IMG/VR virus record: IMGVR_UViG_3300008050_007409
Direction: 5' to 3' (one strand)
Length of the DNA: 64,000 nt
From: a virus
Part shown: positions 17,298-27,226 of the stretch, piece by piece
Position numbering within the stretch: the first letter of the stretch is position 1
How the letters are laid out: each line of letters begins with the position of its first letter
Notes under the pieces: model-generated
What the model was told of the DNA's origin: nothing
The model's input: only the letters and a program-made list of their open reading frames with translations
The model's database searches: none
Program-made: the position numbers and the translations under genes

Positions 17298-19462
17298 GGA
17301 CCTCCTCCGAACCAGCGGTACACGCGGGAGTCCCGCTTCTTCTGCTCGTGGGTATGCCTCTGCTGTAGCACATCCCGGAGCTCCCTCGTGTTCCTCGACT
17401 TCCGATCCGCAGTCATGTAGGCGTACTGACCCACGCTGCGCTCCGCCTTCTGGAACGTGATCGTCTGCCAGAAGTTCTTGGGCACGGCCGTGACGTAGCG
17501 GTTGACGATCACGCCGCGCTTGTCCAGGGGCCGATGGCTCTGCCCGCCGGCCCTGATGCCGCGGGCCGCGGCCTGGTTCATGCGCTCGGGGTTGTAGTGC
17601 GGATCAGCCAGCGCCACCATCGTCGTGTTGCCCAGGGAGAGGCCCTCGGCCCCAGCCCCGGTGATGATGATCACCTTCTTCTTCCCGGCCTTGTAGTCCT
17701 CCACGTCCTGCTGACGCCGCTCCTCGGTCATGCCCTTCATGGACTTGCCAGCGAAGACCCCGTGCTCGATGCCTCGGGCCGTCAGTCCAGCGCTGATGAC
17801 GTCGACCCCACCCTTCACCAGGTTGGTGTAGATGATCACCTTCCCGTCCGAGGTGGTCTTGAGGTGCTTCTGCACGTCGTCCATGATCCGCTTGATCTTC
17901 GGAGTCCGCTCAGCGGACTGGGCCGGGGTGAGCTTCCGGTTGACCAGGTGCATGGAGTTCGAGATCTGCTGGGCACGCTGCAGGCGGGTGAAGGCGTTCA
18001 TCTCCTCCCGCTTGTTGAGCATGATCCCCAGGCTGATCTTCCGGCGCAGAGCCGGGTCCACGCCCTTCATGGCCATCTTGTAGGCCCGGAGCTGCTCCGA
18101 GCTCATGGGCACCGCCACGTCCTTGACGTGCTTGGGCGGCTTCTCGGTGGCGTTCAGATCCTCGATGTAGTGGATGGAGCCGCCGATCCGGTTGTAGAGC
18201 TGCTCCTTGTTCTTGAGCCGCTTCTCCATGACCTTGCCACCGAAGACGCCTCGCTGGGCGGTCTGCACCCTCTGAGTGTGCTGGCGGTGGAACTGCCTCT
18301 TGGTCTTGATCGGAGCCTTTCCGCCTGTGACCAGGTTGACCAGGGGGACGGCGTCGGAAGAGTCGTTCTGGGCGATCGAGGCCGTCAGGCCCATCACGTT
18401 GGGCACCCTGGTCCGTGCGTAGGCGATGGCCTTGTGGGTGGAGCTGTCCGGGTTGCCCGCCCGGTGGAACTCGTCCGCGATGAGCGTGTCGGGCTTGTAG
18501 GCGTCGATGAAGGCCTGGGGGTTCCGTCGGAAGGCTGAGTAGGACACCACGACGTACTCGGTGTCCTGGCTGACCTTCTGGTTGGCGTTGGTGAGCATCA
18601 CGCTCTTGGATCCGGTGAACTTGCCGACGCTGTCGTGGAAGTTCTTGCGCAGCCCTGCCGGGGCGATGACCAGGGCTCGCTTGGCCTTGCCCTGACCCTT
18701 GAGCTTCTCGAAGGTGGCAATGGCCGAGACCGTCTTGCCGGTGCCCGTGCCATGGGCGGCGATGTGGCCAGAGGTCGGATCCTTCAGCACCTTCTTGGCG
18801 AAGTCCGCCTGGTGGGCCTTGAGCTTGACGAAGCCCTTGAGCCGGTTCTTCGTGACCCAGGTACGTCCGGCCTGTTCGTTGCCGAACTGGTCGTGTCCCT
18901 TCTGACCGGCCGGGAGCCGGCGCCAGTGGCCTCCTGACTCTGCGATCTTCTGGAACTCGACCTGGAAGGAGGCGAGGGCGACGTTCGACGCTGCCACCTT
19001 CCTGAGCTGGTCCGGAGGGACCAGCTTGAAGCGCATGTCGGACTTGCGGATCCTCGCCCGCACAGCGGGAGGCACATCGTGGAAGTTGTGCTTGATGACC
19101 CTCTTGAGGCTCGTCGGGGCGACGGCGTCCTTGTGGAACAGGTAGTGCTTCCCGACCCGGTGGGCGTGCAGCTTCCCCTTCCGCCAGGTGGGGGTGAACA
19201 ACCGCTCGCCAGGCAGTGGGATCGCCATGCGAGTCTTCTTGAACCCACGCTCCTTGAGGTCCCCGATCTCCTTCGCGGACACCGCCACCTGAGGGTGCGT
19301 CCAGCCTGGGTTGACCACCTGTTCGATGGCATCCAGGATCTGCTTCTCCGCCTTACCTCCATCCACGGAGATCAGCGGAACAGAGCTGTCCTTGGCGATC
19401 TTCTCCATCCCGACGAGAGCCTCGTCAGCGCGGAGTGCCTGGAACCAGCGCTGGGTGCTCAT
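17294..19462 (-). CDS. SNF2-family (SF2) helicase with tagged N-terminal extension
   Basis: AHGTGTGKT, DEFH, LTAS, GAEGLSL, NPERMNQAAARGIR; tags GMEKIA and SFQVEFQKIA. Confidence 0.85.
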   Translation of the reverse strand: MSTQRWFQALRADEALVGMEKIAKDSSVPLISVDGGKAEKQILDAIEQVVNPGWTHPQVAVSAKEIGDLKERGFKKTRMAIPLPGERLFTPTWRKGKLHAHRVGKHYLFHKDAVAPTSLKRVIKHNFHDVPPAVRARIRKSDMRFKLVPPDQLRKVAASNVALASFQVEFQKIAESGGHWRRLPAGQKGHDQFGNEQAGRTWVTKNRLKGFVKLKAHQADFAKKVLKDPTSGHIAAHGTGTGKTVSAIATFEKLKGQGKAKRALVIAPAGLRKNFHDSVGKFTGSKSVMLTNANQKVSQDTEYVVVSYSAFRRNPQAFIDAYKPDTLIADEFHRAGNPDSSTHKAIAYARTRVPNVMGLTASIAQNDSSDAVPLVNLVTGGKAPIKTKRQFHRQHTQRVQTAQRGVFGGKVMEKRLKNKEQLYNRIGGSIHYIEDLNATEKPPKHVKDVAVPMSSEQLRAYKMAMKGVDPALRRKISLGIMLNKREEMNAFTRLQRAQQISNSMHLVNRKLTPAQSAERTPKIKRIMDDVQKHLKTTSDGKVIIYTNLVKGGVDVISAGLTARGIEHGVFAGKSMKGMTEERRQQDVEDYKAGKKKVIIITGAGAEGLSLGNTTMVALADPHYNPERMNQAAARGIRAGGQSHRPLDKRGVIVNRYVTAVPKNFWQTITFQKAERSVGQYAYMTADRKSRNTRELRDVLQQRHTHEQKKRDSRVYRWFGGGP

Positions 19463-21930
19463 CCTCGAAGTCCTTGGTACAGGAGGCTCTTGGCGTAGGC
19501 CAAGGTAGCAGCCTGTCGCCTCTGAAGCAGATCACGGAGTCCGTAGTTGGTCTCCTCACTCTGCTCCACCTGGAGCGTCTTGTAGGTGGCCTCCACCGTC
19601 TTCTTCCCGATCGGGACGGATTCCGGGAGGGAGCCGTCGTCGTCGTAACTCGCGATGTTCGTCTCGTAGATGGTCTCTTCGTGCTCAGGAACGTCCACGA
19701 CCCTCCGCTGCACGGACCTGGTCGATGTGTAGCTGTCATCGACAGGGCTGCTCGGATCGACAGCTGCTGAGAAGAAGCCGTGATCCGTTCCGTAGTCTGC
19801 CAGGACCTTGGCCTGGATGGTGCTTTCGATCTCGTCCAGTGCTTCGCCTTCCCCGAAGCTCCGCCAAGAACTGGCCGTAGCCAAGCCCACGGTCTGAGCC
19901 ATGTCGGCCTTAGGACGCTGGGTGATCGACTGCGTGAACGCCTGGAGGTTCCCTTCGTTCTGGAGGATCGTCTGGTAGAGCAGCTGGAGGTAGGCGACCG
20001 ACCTCACTAGGGCCTTCGAGTCGTAGCTCGTGACCTCCTCATAGCCCCAGTAAGACTCATCGAATTCAACGTCCTTGAACTCGCCGGTGGGGATACTTTC
20101 TGTGTCCCCTGTGGCAATGTCGGTCTCAAAGAGCAAGATCTCCTCCTTCCGGGTCGCCTTGCGGGTCTTCTTGACCTTCCTCCTGGTGATGATGGGCTCG
20201 AAGGCCTGCGCCACACCTTCGGATGCCCCGCTTACCAGGTCAGCCAGATCGCCCTCGTTGACGCCGGCGATGACGTCAAACAGAGATCCGCACCCGAAGA
20301 CGGTCTGGTAGACCTCCTCCCCAATCCGCTCCCAGTCATAGCGGTCGTCCAGGAACCCGTCTGTCCCGCGGCGGGTGACCTCGTAGACGGATCTCCCTTC
20401 GTTGTCGAAGTCGGCAGCCTCGTCGTGCTGGTAGCAACCCACCATCGTGAAGTGGGTCCAGCCTCCGTTCTGATCGATGGAGTGCACCACCGTCTGGACG
20501 TTGCCCATGACGTGGCGGGTGATCAGTCCGGGGATGCCGACCCTGTCCATCACCAGACCTGGGTAGCCGGGGACCAGGTTGGGGTTGAAGGGTCCGGAGA
20601 CGTTGGTGGATCGAGTGCTGAACCGGTACTTCCAGAACAGGTAGTCGCAGAGCTTGGAGAGGTACTCCCTACGGCCGCCCTTCTGGACGTAGGCCCCGAG
20701 ATCGGACTCCCAGGTGAAGATGGGGTTGAGGCCGACGAACTCCTCGTGAGGCATGAGGATCTCAGCCATGCGGTCGAGGTGCCCACCCTCCCGGTACATG
20801 ACCTCTGCGACCTCAGAGAAGTCCGGGGCGTAGAAGCGCTCTGTGAGCCACTTGGATCGGCCCGTGAAGAACAGGCTCGTGCGGAGCATCAGACGAGTGG
20901 GCTCCGCCAAGTAGCTCCTCTGGTAGGCCAGCGAGTTGTACTGGTGCGGGAAGACGATGTTGCAGGCCGGCGGCGCCAGGAACCAGGTGTCCGGCTTGAC
21001 CACCACGTAGTTCAGGCTGGCACCTTCCCAGGGTTGATCAGATACCGTCTGCTTGGCGAGTTCGGGCGCGGCCTGCTGGATGTCGAGCCCCAGGGCCGTG
21101 CCGCCGGGATCGAGCCAGGGACAAGGCATGGTGGTCATGGAGTGCATGACCGTCCCCAGCATGGTGTTGATCATCTGACGGGCGGTCACCATCCCACCAC
21201 CGCCGCCGACCTGGTTCTTGATGAACTTCTGGAAGAAGTCCAGCTTCATCAGCTTGGCGGCGGTCTTGTCCTCCGGGATGCCCACGATCAGGTCCCCGAT
21301 CCTCCAGCGGTTGAAGGCCTGGGCGTAGAAGACGCTGGAGGCGAAGAACATCTCACGCAGGACACGCTGGGTGCCAGTGTAGATGTTGCTGTAGCTCTCG
21401 GTGTTGCCGTCGCTGTCGGTGACCTTGACCTTGGACGCACTGAGCCAGACGAACAGGTTGGAGCTCACGCCCTTGCCGATCACATCGTAGTTCTTGATCT
21501 TGTCCGCGGTGACGCCCATGAAGGCGTTCTCGAAGAACTCGACCCCGCCGTTGCGGAAGTTCAGGTAGTGCTGGCGGATGAAGTCCAGATAGTTCATCGG
21601 GCCGACACAGCTCAGGATCCCCGCCCTCTGACCGTCCTGTTTCTGCAGACGGACTGACGCCAGCTCCCCGGCGAAGAGCATCTTCCAGCGACGTGGGTCT
21701 GCAATTCCGAAGCCTGACTCACTTCCCTCCTTGAAGGTGTAGTCGGCGTCCTCGTAGTAGAACAGGTGGATCATCGACCGAGGCAGCAGGTCGAACATGT
21801 GGTCGGTGGCGATGACCTGGATGTCGGCCTGCGCATCGGCGTTGTCGGCGAAGGTACACCGCGCCCCAACGACGGGGAGCTCGACACCGTCGATGAACAA
21901 CCTGAGGTTGAGCCTTCGCGGGGTAGTCAT
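19459..21930 (-). CDS. Baseplate hub-like tail protein
   Basis: 823 aa; LRLFIDGVELPV start; GPFNPNLVPGYPGLV...VQTVVHSI hub-like C-terminal strands; downstream of tape measure. Confidence 0.6.
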   Translation of the reverse strand: MTTPRRLNLRLFIDGVELPVVGARCTFADNADAQADIQVIATDHMFDLLPRSMIHLFYYEDADYTFKEGSESGFGIADPRRWKMLFAGELASVRLQKQDGQRAGILSCVGPMNYLDFIRQHYLNFRNGGVEFFENAFMGVTADKIKNYDVIGKGVSSNLFVWLSASKVKVTDSDGNTESYSNIYTGTQRVLREMFFASSVFYAQAFNRWRIGDLIVGIPEDKTAAKLMKLDFFQKFIKNQVGGGGGMVTARQMINTMLGTVMHSMTTMPCPWLDPGGTALGLDIQQAAPELAKQTVSDQPWEGASLNYVVVKPDTWFLAPPACNIVFPHQYNSLAYQRSYLAEPTRLMLRTSLFFTGRSKWLTERFYAPDFSEVAEVMYREGGHLDRMAEILMPHEEFVGLNPIFTWESDLGAYVQKGGRREYLSKLCDYLFWKYRFSTRSTNVSGPFNPNLVPGYPGLVMDRVGIPGLITRHVMGNVQTVVHSIDQNGGWTHFTMVGCYQHDEAADFDNEGRSVYEVTRRGTDGFLDDRYDWERIGEEVYQTVFGCGSLFDVIAGVNEGDLADLVSGASEGVAQAFEPIITRRKVKKTRKATRKEEILLFETDIATGDTESIPTGEFKDVEFDESYWGYEEVTSYDSKALVRSVAYLQLLYQTILQNEGNLQAFTQSITQRPKADMAQTVGLATASSWRSFGEGEALDEIESTIQAKVLADYGTDHGFFSAAVDPSSPVDDSYTSTRSVQRRVVDVPEHEETIYETNIASYDDDGSLPESVPIGKKTVEATYKTLQVEQSEETNYGLRDLLQRRQAATLAYAKSLLYQGLRG

Positions 21931-23000
21931 CAGCCCACCGCAGGATGATCGTCGATCACGCAGGCACAGTTCGCTACGCCCGCAGAGAGGGAGCTGCTGA
22001 TCCCTGCCGAATTGGAGTCCCTCGAGGCCAGCGGGAAGGCGTCTGGATCGCTACGCCGTTGGATCTGGGCCGTGAGCTTGTCTCCGCCTTCCGTCTGCTG
22101 GACAGCCAAGTCCGTGTCGATGAACGTGAGCGCAGCGCCCGGCTCCTTCCAGAGCTTGCCGGTCGAGCTGTCCCCGATCCAAGAGGCGGTCCTAATGCTC
22201 GTCGAGGTCGCTGGTACATCCTGAGTGCTGCCAGACTCCTCGACGAGCTCCCCCGTCGCCAGGTCGATGTAGTTGTACCCTGGGTTCTTGGCTCCTCCGT
22301 ACCCAGTGCCTCCAGCGAGTGGGTACTCGGGGTGGACCTCCGAGCCTACGAGACCTGTTGCCCGTGCAGTGGTCCCGAAGCGGTTGACGTAGGAGTCGTC
22401 GCCCTCGCTGAGGTCCTTGTAGGCCGTGATCAGGAGGGAGAAGTTGAAGGGACAGACGAAGGGGTTGTCGGAGGTCTGCGTGACCGAGGTGCCCAGGATC
22501 ATCCCCTGCACCAGCACGTCGTCGAAGCCCAGGTAGACCCGAGCCCTGTACTCCACGCACTTCGTCCCGCGCAGGTACTTGCCGTAGTTGCGCAACCACT
22601 CGTTCTTCCAGTTGAAGTTCCTACTGTTGAGCAGCATCCCCTGGCACTGGAGGACGATGGGCTTCTGCCCGTAGAAGAAGGCGTAGAAGGGGCCGAAGGT
22701 CTCTACGATCTGGACCTTCTCCTGCCTGGTCTGAGACACCGCCTGCAGGATGAAGTTGTGGGTCGCGGCCGAGGTGCCCTGACTTCCGTCGTGCGCCGGC
22801 GCCGAGCTGTCCAGGACAGAGACGTGCTTGAACTCAGATCCGTCCATCCTGTAGAGGGACAGGAAAGCGTGCCGGGGGTCCTTGTGCAACAGCCCCTCGA
22901 GAGGACGGCGGACGTTGACTTCCTCGAAGGGGAGGGAGTCCTTGTCCCCCTCCATGGCTTCGACGAAGGGGTCCTTCTCCAGGAGGATCACCGGCATCAT
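21930..23000 (-). CDS. Tail-tube initiator / baseplate protein
   Basis: FILQAVSQTRQEKVQIVETFG...FYGQKPIVLQCQGML...PFNFSLLI tube-like pattern; lies between tape measure and hub. Confidence 0.6.
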   Translation of the reverse strand: MMPVILLEKDPFVEAMEGDKDSLPFEEVNVRRPLEGLLHKDPRHAFLSLYRMDGSEFKHVSVLDSSAPAHDGSQGTSAATHNFILQAVSQTRQEKVQIVETFGPFYAFFYGQKPIVLQCQGMLLNSRNFNWKNEWLRNYGKYLRGTKCVEYRARVYLGFDDVLVQGMILGTSVTQTSDNPFVCPFNFSLLITAYKDLSEGDDSYVNRFGTTARATGLVGSEVHPEYPLAGGTGYGGAKNPGYNYIDLATGELVEESGSTQDVPATSTSIRTASWIGDSSTGKLWKEPGAALTFIDTDLAVQQTEGGDKLTAQIQRRSDPDAFPLASRDSNSAGISSSLSAGVANCACVIDDHPAVG

Positions 23001-23215
23001 CCATCCTCGGCCTTGGGGTTGACCAGGAGCGTCCGGATCTCAGGACTCACTCGAGGCGTTTCATCGGGCAGTCCACCGTACTTAGCAGACGCGAAGCCTC
23101 GCAGCAGCATCTGCGTGATCCGATCAGGCCCGACCCTGTCCACCAGGGTAGCCGTGACGACACCGTCGCGGGTGACAACGGTGGACTTTCCGAGCTCAGT
23201 GGAGGTAGCCATCAC
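22997..23215 (-). CDS. Small hypothetical protein
   Basis: 72 aa, overlaps neighbours by 4 nt at each end. Confidence 0.5.
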   Translation of the reverse strand: MMATSTELGKSTVVTRDGVVTATLVDRVGPDRITQMLLRGFASAKYGGLPDETPRVSPEIRTLLVNPKAEDG

Positions 23216-26200
23216 CCGCCCTCGCCTTCCAAGAAGTTCTGATCGAGGGGCTTCCAGTCGTCGCCCAGATCTCCCTTCATGTTGCTCACGAAGCGATCGA
23301 CGGCTGCGACGAACCGGGTGTTGGCCTGGGCGTATGCCGTGCGAGTGTCCCCGATCTCCGTGCCGCTGGCGGAGCTGTAGGCCGTGGGGTCGAGGAGGTT
23401 CTTCTGCTTCAGGATCTCGATGACCTGGGCAGCCCGGGCAGTCTCATCCTGGATGCTGCCGATCATCTTGATCTCGTCTTCCGTGAAGTTGAGGCTCTCC
23501 CCTGCGGCCTTGGTCTTCGTCGCGTCTCCGGACAGGAGTCCCTGAAGGCCCGAACCCAGCCTCCCTCCACTCGCCCCGTAGACCGTCTCCAGGAGAGCTG
23601 CCTCTTCGTCAGACAGGTCACTGTCTGAGAGCAGATCATCCTCGATGAAGCGCTGTGTCATCTCCGAGTAGGTGCTGATCCCTGTGCCGCTTCGTCCCAG
23701 TTGATCCAGGCGCTTGTCGTACTTCCCGCCGGCGAAGCCCTTGGCCTCCCGCGCATTGGCCACAGCGCGGGACTGGCTACGTCCTCTGACCTCTGCGTCC
23801 GCGATCACCCCGAGCTCTTCCAGCATCCCGCCGGCGCTCTGTCGGAGTGACATCCTGTAGTTAACGTGGCTGTCAGCCTTCAGCGCGATCTTGTGGAGCT
23901 GATCGTAGGACTCCAAGCCCTGCATCGCCTCAGCGATCTCCTCTGGAGTTCCTCCCTTCTGCGCCTCCAGGTACTTGGCGAACGCCGCCCGGGCGTCCTT
24001 GTCGGACGACAGGGTCTTGCTGATGTCGTCCTCGTCGATGCCGTCGTAGATGCTCTGGTTGTCCAGGCCGGACAGGAGCTTGTTGAGGTTCTGCTCCCCC
24101 GTCTCCCGAACGCCAGAGACCGTTCCGAGCCTACGCAACGTCCCCTTCTTGGCGATTCCCGTCTCTACGAGCTTCTCGTCCTGACGCATCGTGGAGGTCA
24201 AGAGAGTCCGGTAGTTCTTGTCGGAGATGTACTTCTCGATGTCTCCGGAGCCGCGGAGGCCCGTCTTCGTGTCGCCGCTCAGGGTGTCGCTGGCTGTAGC
24301 CAACAGCCAGAGGTTCTGCTCCTCCTTGCTGAGGTCATCCCACCCTTCGGCTTGGTAGATGTCGTTGAGGCGGTCGTAGCCGAGGTCAGACCCGCCGACG
24401 ATGGTCTCTCGAGCCCGCTGGACGATGTCACCGCCACCTCCCGTGAGCCTGCTCAGGTTGGTCCTCTGGCGGTCGGTGAGCTTGGCGGACTGGGAGATCT
24501 TCAGACCCCGATTCATGTCCTCCCTGGAGATGAATCGTCCATCTCCCAGATCGACGTGATCACCTCCCTTCTTGATCGCCTCGTTGGCGCCGATGGTGTA
24601 GGCCGAGAGCTCCGTGCGCATCCGCTCTCTGGCGCCGGGAGTGCCTCCGATCAAGGGGCCGGAGTCGCTGGTGCTGACCCCCATTAGCTGGTCAACTGGA
24701 CCATACTCAAGGGCTGGGGCTACGTGCTCAAGCTGACCGTAGCGCTTCTCCCACCAGGCGGACTTGGCCAGGAGAGCTTCGCTGGCACGCTCGTAGTCCA
24801 TGTCCCTGCCAGAACCCCGTCCGTAGCGCTCGGCCAAGCGCTGATCAGACTCCCCTCCTCCGCTGTAGGTCCGGGGACGCCAGAAGGTCTCAGCGACATC
24901 CCCCCAGGAACGGCTGGCTGCTCCTCCCATGTCCTCGCCCCAGCCTCTGGCGCGAGAGAACAGCCCTCGAGTGAATCCGTAGTCGCCCGAGTTCAGGTAC
25001 CTGCTGACGCTTGCTCCGATCTTGTGGTAGTTCCGGTCCTGCTCCCAGGCTTCAGTCTGAGCGGCCTCGTACTCAGCAGACGCTTGCGCCTCCAAGAGCT
25101 CTGGCATCGCCATCGTCTGGGAGAGCATCATGTTGGCCTCGTTGACGCCCATGCCCATCGTGCCCAAGTGCCTGATGATCCCCTGCTTGTTGTACCCCCC
25201 ATGGAGCTGCTGGGACTGGGCTGCCGCGATGGAGACCATCCCCATGCCTGCGTACTGCATGGCGTTCTCGCGGGCCTCCGCTGTGCCGGCACGGTGGAGG
25301 GTTCCCAGACCCCGATTGGAGGCGCCCGTGACCATGGACTCGAGGGACTTGTCGCCCGACAGGAAGCTGTTGACCCGTCCCATGTCCATCTCGTTGCCTT
25401 CGCCGAGCATGTTGGCGATCATCACCCGGCCGCGAGAGGAGCTGAGGAAGCGCATCTGACGTGCCGCCATCCCTGCACCGACCTGGCCGACTCCGCCGGC
25501 CTCCATGACGTCCTCCTCGCTGAGGTAGCCCTGCCGCATGGCGTAGGCGACGCCAGCAGTCTGCTGCTGGGCGAAGTCGGATCCGTGACGTCCCTTCATC
25601 CCAAGCTGCCTGGCGTACTGGGTGCCGAAGCGCCCGGCGTTGACCATGTCCCCGGTGCTGAGGCCGGACATGATCTCTCGAGCTGTCTGGCGTAGGGAGG
25701 CGGCCTTGATGTCCGAGGTCGTGTAGAAGCCCTGAGTGCGGAGCTCCCCCACCATCTTCAGCGCGTCGTCCACGCTGGTCTGCATGGTGGAGGCGACCTC
25801 CTTCACCGTGTCCATGATCTTGGTGAAGCGCTCCTTGAACTCCTTCACGTCCCGAGTGGTCTGGAACAGCTTCATGGAGTCCATCTCGCGGACCATGTCC
25901 GCCATCTGACCCACGCCCTTGCCGATGTCCCTCCCCTGATCTGCCAGGAGCTTGCCGACATTGGCTCCGTGGTGCTGGTTTCCTCCGAACTGACCGCCGA
26001 TGCTGGCCATCAGACCCTTGCCCACCATCCCCTGGTGGGCTCCGTGGAAGACCTGTTCACCTGTCTGGATCATCCCCTCTGTGATCGCCAGACCTGCGGC
26101 GATGGGAGCAGCGGCCGCTGCGAGTCCCACAGCGCCTGCGCCGGCGACGCCCATGGCGGCTCGACCGAGACTGAGGCTCGCCCTACCGACCCCTGCCGCG

Positions 26201-26616
26201 GTCTTGGCTCCGGTGAACCCTCCCCAGGCAGTCTTCATGGCCCCGAGAGCACCTCGGCCAGCTGCCCAGGAACCGCCGCCTCCGAAGGCGAAGCCAGCTC
26301 GAGCTGCAGGAGCGACGTAGCTGAAGGGCTCCAGCGCCATCATGGTGCTGCCCAGCATGCGCGGGGCCAGGCTCTGGGCCCCGGCCATCATCGGAGCAGC
26401 GACCATCGCCGCCATCATCCCGCCGTGGACAGCCACGGGGGTGACGGTGTTCCCGAAGAAGTCTCCGGCCTGGGAGCCGGCCTGAGCCTGGGAGAGCTGT
26501 CCGTACTGGTTGACCTGGGAGAAGGTCGTCCCGTACTGGGCCCCCATCCCCGCCCCCATTGCCAGGGAGTGGGAAAGGCCTGGCGGTGAGACGTTGGGAG
26601 GTCCCTGGCCCTGCAT
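23212..26616 (-). CDS. Tail tape-measure-like protein
   Basis: 1134 aa, helical and rich in Ala/Gly/Met/Gln with a hydrophobic N-terminal segment; precedes tube-initiator and hub genes. Confidence 0.7.
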   Translation of the reverse strand: MQGQGPPNVSPPGLSHSLAMGAGMGAQYGTTFSQVNQYGQLSQAQAGSQAGDFFGNTVTPVAVHGGMMAAMVAAPMMAGAQSLAPRMLGSTMMALEPFSYVAPAARAGFAFGGGGSWAAGRGALGAMKTAWGGFTGAKTAAGVGRASLSLGRAAMGVAGAGAVGLAAAAAPIAAGLAITEGMIQTGEQVFHGAHQGMVGKGLMASIGGQFGGNQHHGANVGKLLADQGRDIGKGVGQMADMVREMDSMKLFQTTRDVKEFKERFTKIMDTVKEVASTMQTSVDDALKMVGELRTQGFYTTSDIKAASLRQTAREIMSGLSTGDMVNAGRFGTQYARQLGMKGRHGSDFAQQQTAGVAYAMRQGYLSEEDVMEAGGVGQVGAGMAARQMRFLSSSRGRVMIANMLGEGNEMDMGRVNSFLSGDKSLESMVTGASNRGLGTLHRAGTAEARENAMQYAGMGMVSIAAAQSQQLHGGYNKQGIIRHLGTMGMGVNEANMMLSQTMAMPELLEAQASAEYEAAQTEAWEQDRNYHKIGASVSRYLNSGDYGFTRGLFSRARGWGEDMGGAASRSWGDVAETFWRPRTYSGGGESDQRLAERYGRGSGRDMDYERASEALLAKSAWWEKRYGQLEHVAPALEYGPVDQLMGVSTSDSGPLIGGTPGARERMRTELSAYTIGANEAIKKGGDHVDLGDGRFISREDMNRGLKISQSAKLTDRQRTNLSRLTGGGGDIVQRARETIVGGSDLGYDRLNDIYQAEGWDDLSKEEQNLWLLATASDTLSGDTKTGLRGSGDIEKYISDKNYRTLLTSTMRQDEKLVETGIAKKGTLRRLGTVSGVRETGEQNLNKLLSGLDNQSIYDGIDEDDISKTLSSDKDARAAFAKYLEAQKGGTPEEIAEAMQGLESYDQLHKIALKADSHVNYRMSLRQSAGGMLEELGVIADAEVRGRSQSRAVANAREAKGFAGGKYDKRLDQLGRSGTGISTYSEMTQRFIEDDLLSDSDLSDEEAALLETVYGASGGRLGSGLQGLLSGDATKTKAAGESLNFTEDEIKMIGSIQDETARAAQVIEILKQKNLLDPTAYSSASGTEIGDTRTAYAQANTRFVAAVDRFVSNMKGDLGDDWKPLDQNFLEGEGG

Positions 26617-26894
26617 CAGCTACCTCTGGGCCGTTCACTCCGCTGCCGTCGAGGATCGACGATGTGAAGGTGGAAGCCCCGACCGGTCTTGCCGTAGGCT
26701 GCCTCGAACACGCGACGGAGGCTGTTGGCGTGAACCCCCTTCCGTCCCAGGAGCTTGCCGACGTCCGGGTCTGCCACGGTGACTTCGAAGTGCGCCGAGT
26801 GGTCCGAGATGTTCTTCTCGATCTTCACGGCATCCCGATCGTCGATCAGGCTGAGGATGAGATCCGTCAGTAGTTGATCGAGGGGCGGGTTCAC
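26616..26894 (-). CDS. khpA: KH-domain RNA-binding protein, KhpA-like
   Basis: 92 aa; LILSLIDDRDAVKI...VADPDVGKLLGRKGVHANSLR (KH GxxG loop). Confidence 0.8.
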   Translation of the reverse strand: MNPPLDQLLTDLILSLIDDRDAVKIEKNISDHSAHFEVTVADPDVGKLLGRKGVHANSLRRVFEAAYGKTGRGFHLHIVDPRRQRSERPRGS

Positions 26895-27226
26895 TTCGGG
26901 GACTCCAGATCAGGCAAGACTGCGAGGCGTGCACCAGCACGGAGGGATTCTACACCCTCACCGTATCTGACGCGCACTCGTTCAGCGAACATCAGCCAGT
27001 CCTCAGACTCGTAGCGTCTGGCCTCGGCGTCGTCGAAGACCTTGATGCTCTCACCGACCGCGACCTGGTGCAAGGAGCCATCCCGGTCCTTGACGGTCGA
27101 GGGCTCCACGATCTGGTAGACGCCCTGCTGGCTGGAGCCGGGCTTGTACCGCCCGCGAGCCTTCGGCTTCTTCCGGAACTTCTCGGTCTCTGCGTCGGAC
27201 GCGAATTCCCACTCGACGGCCTTCAT
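26891..27226 (-). CDS. Hypothetical protein
   Basis: 111 aa, SD GGAGG, coupled. Confidence 0.65.
   Translation of the reverse strand: MKAVEWEFASDAETEKFRKKPKARGRYKPGSSQQGVYQIVEPSTVKDRDGSLHQVAVGESIKVFDDAEARRYESEDWLMFAERVRVRYGEGVESLRAGARLAVLPDLESPK

Noticed and set aside
781-26589. Many long plus-strand ORFs (e.g. 781..2316, 14060..16060, 21945..23423)
   Set aside because: Antisense shadows of high-GC3 minus-strand genes; no motifs or start signals
1-26616. Bacterial eCIS/T6SS locus instead of a phage tail
   Set aside because: Contiguous with endolysin, dNMP kinase, resolvase, Mom-like enzyme and dense small ORFs; no host housekeeping context
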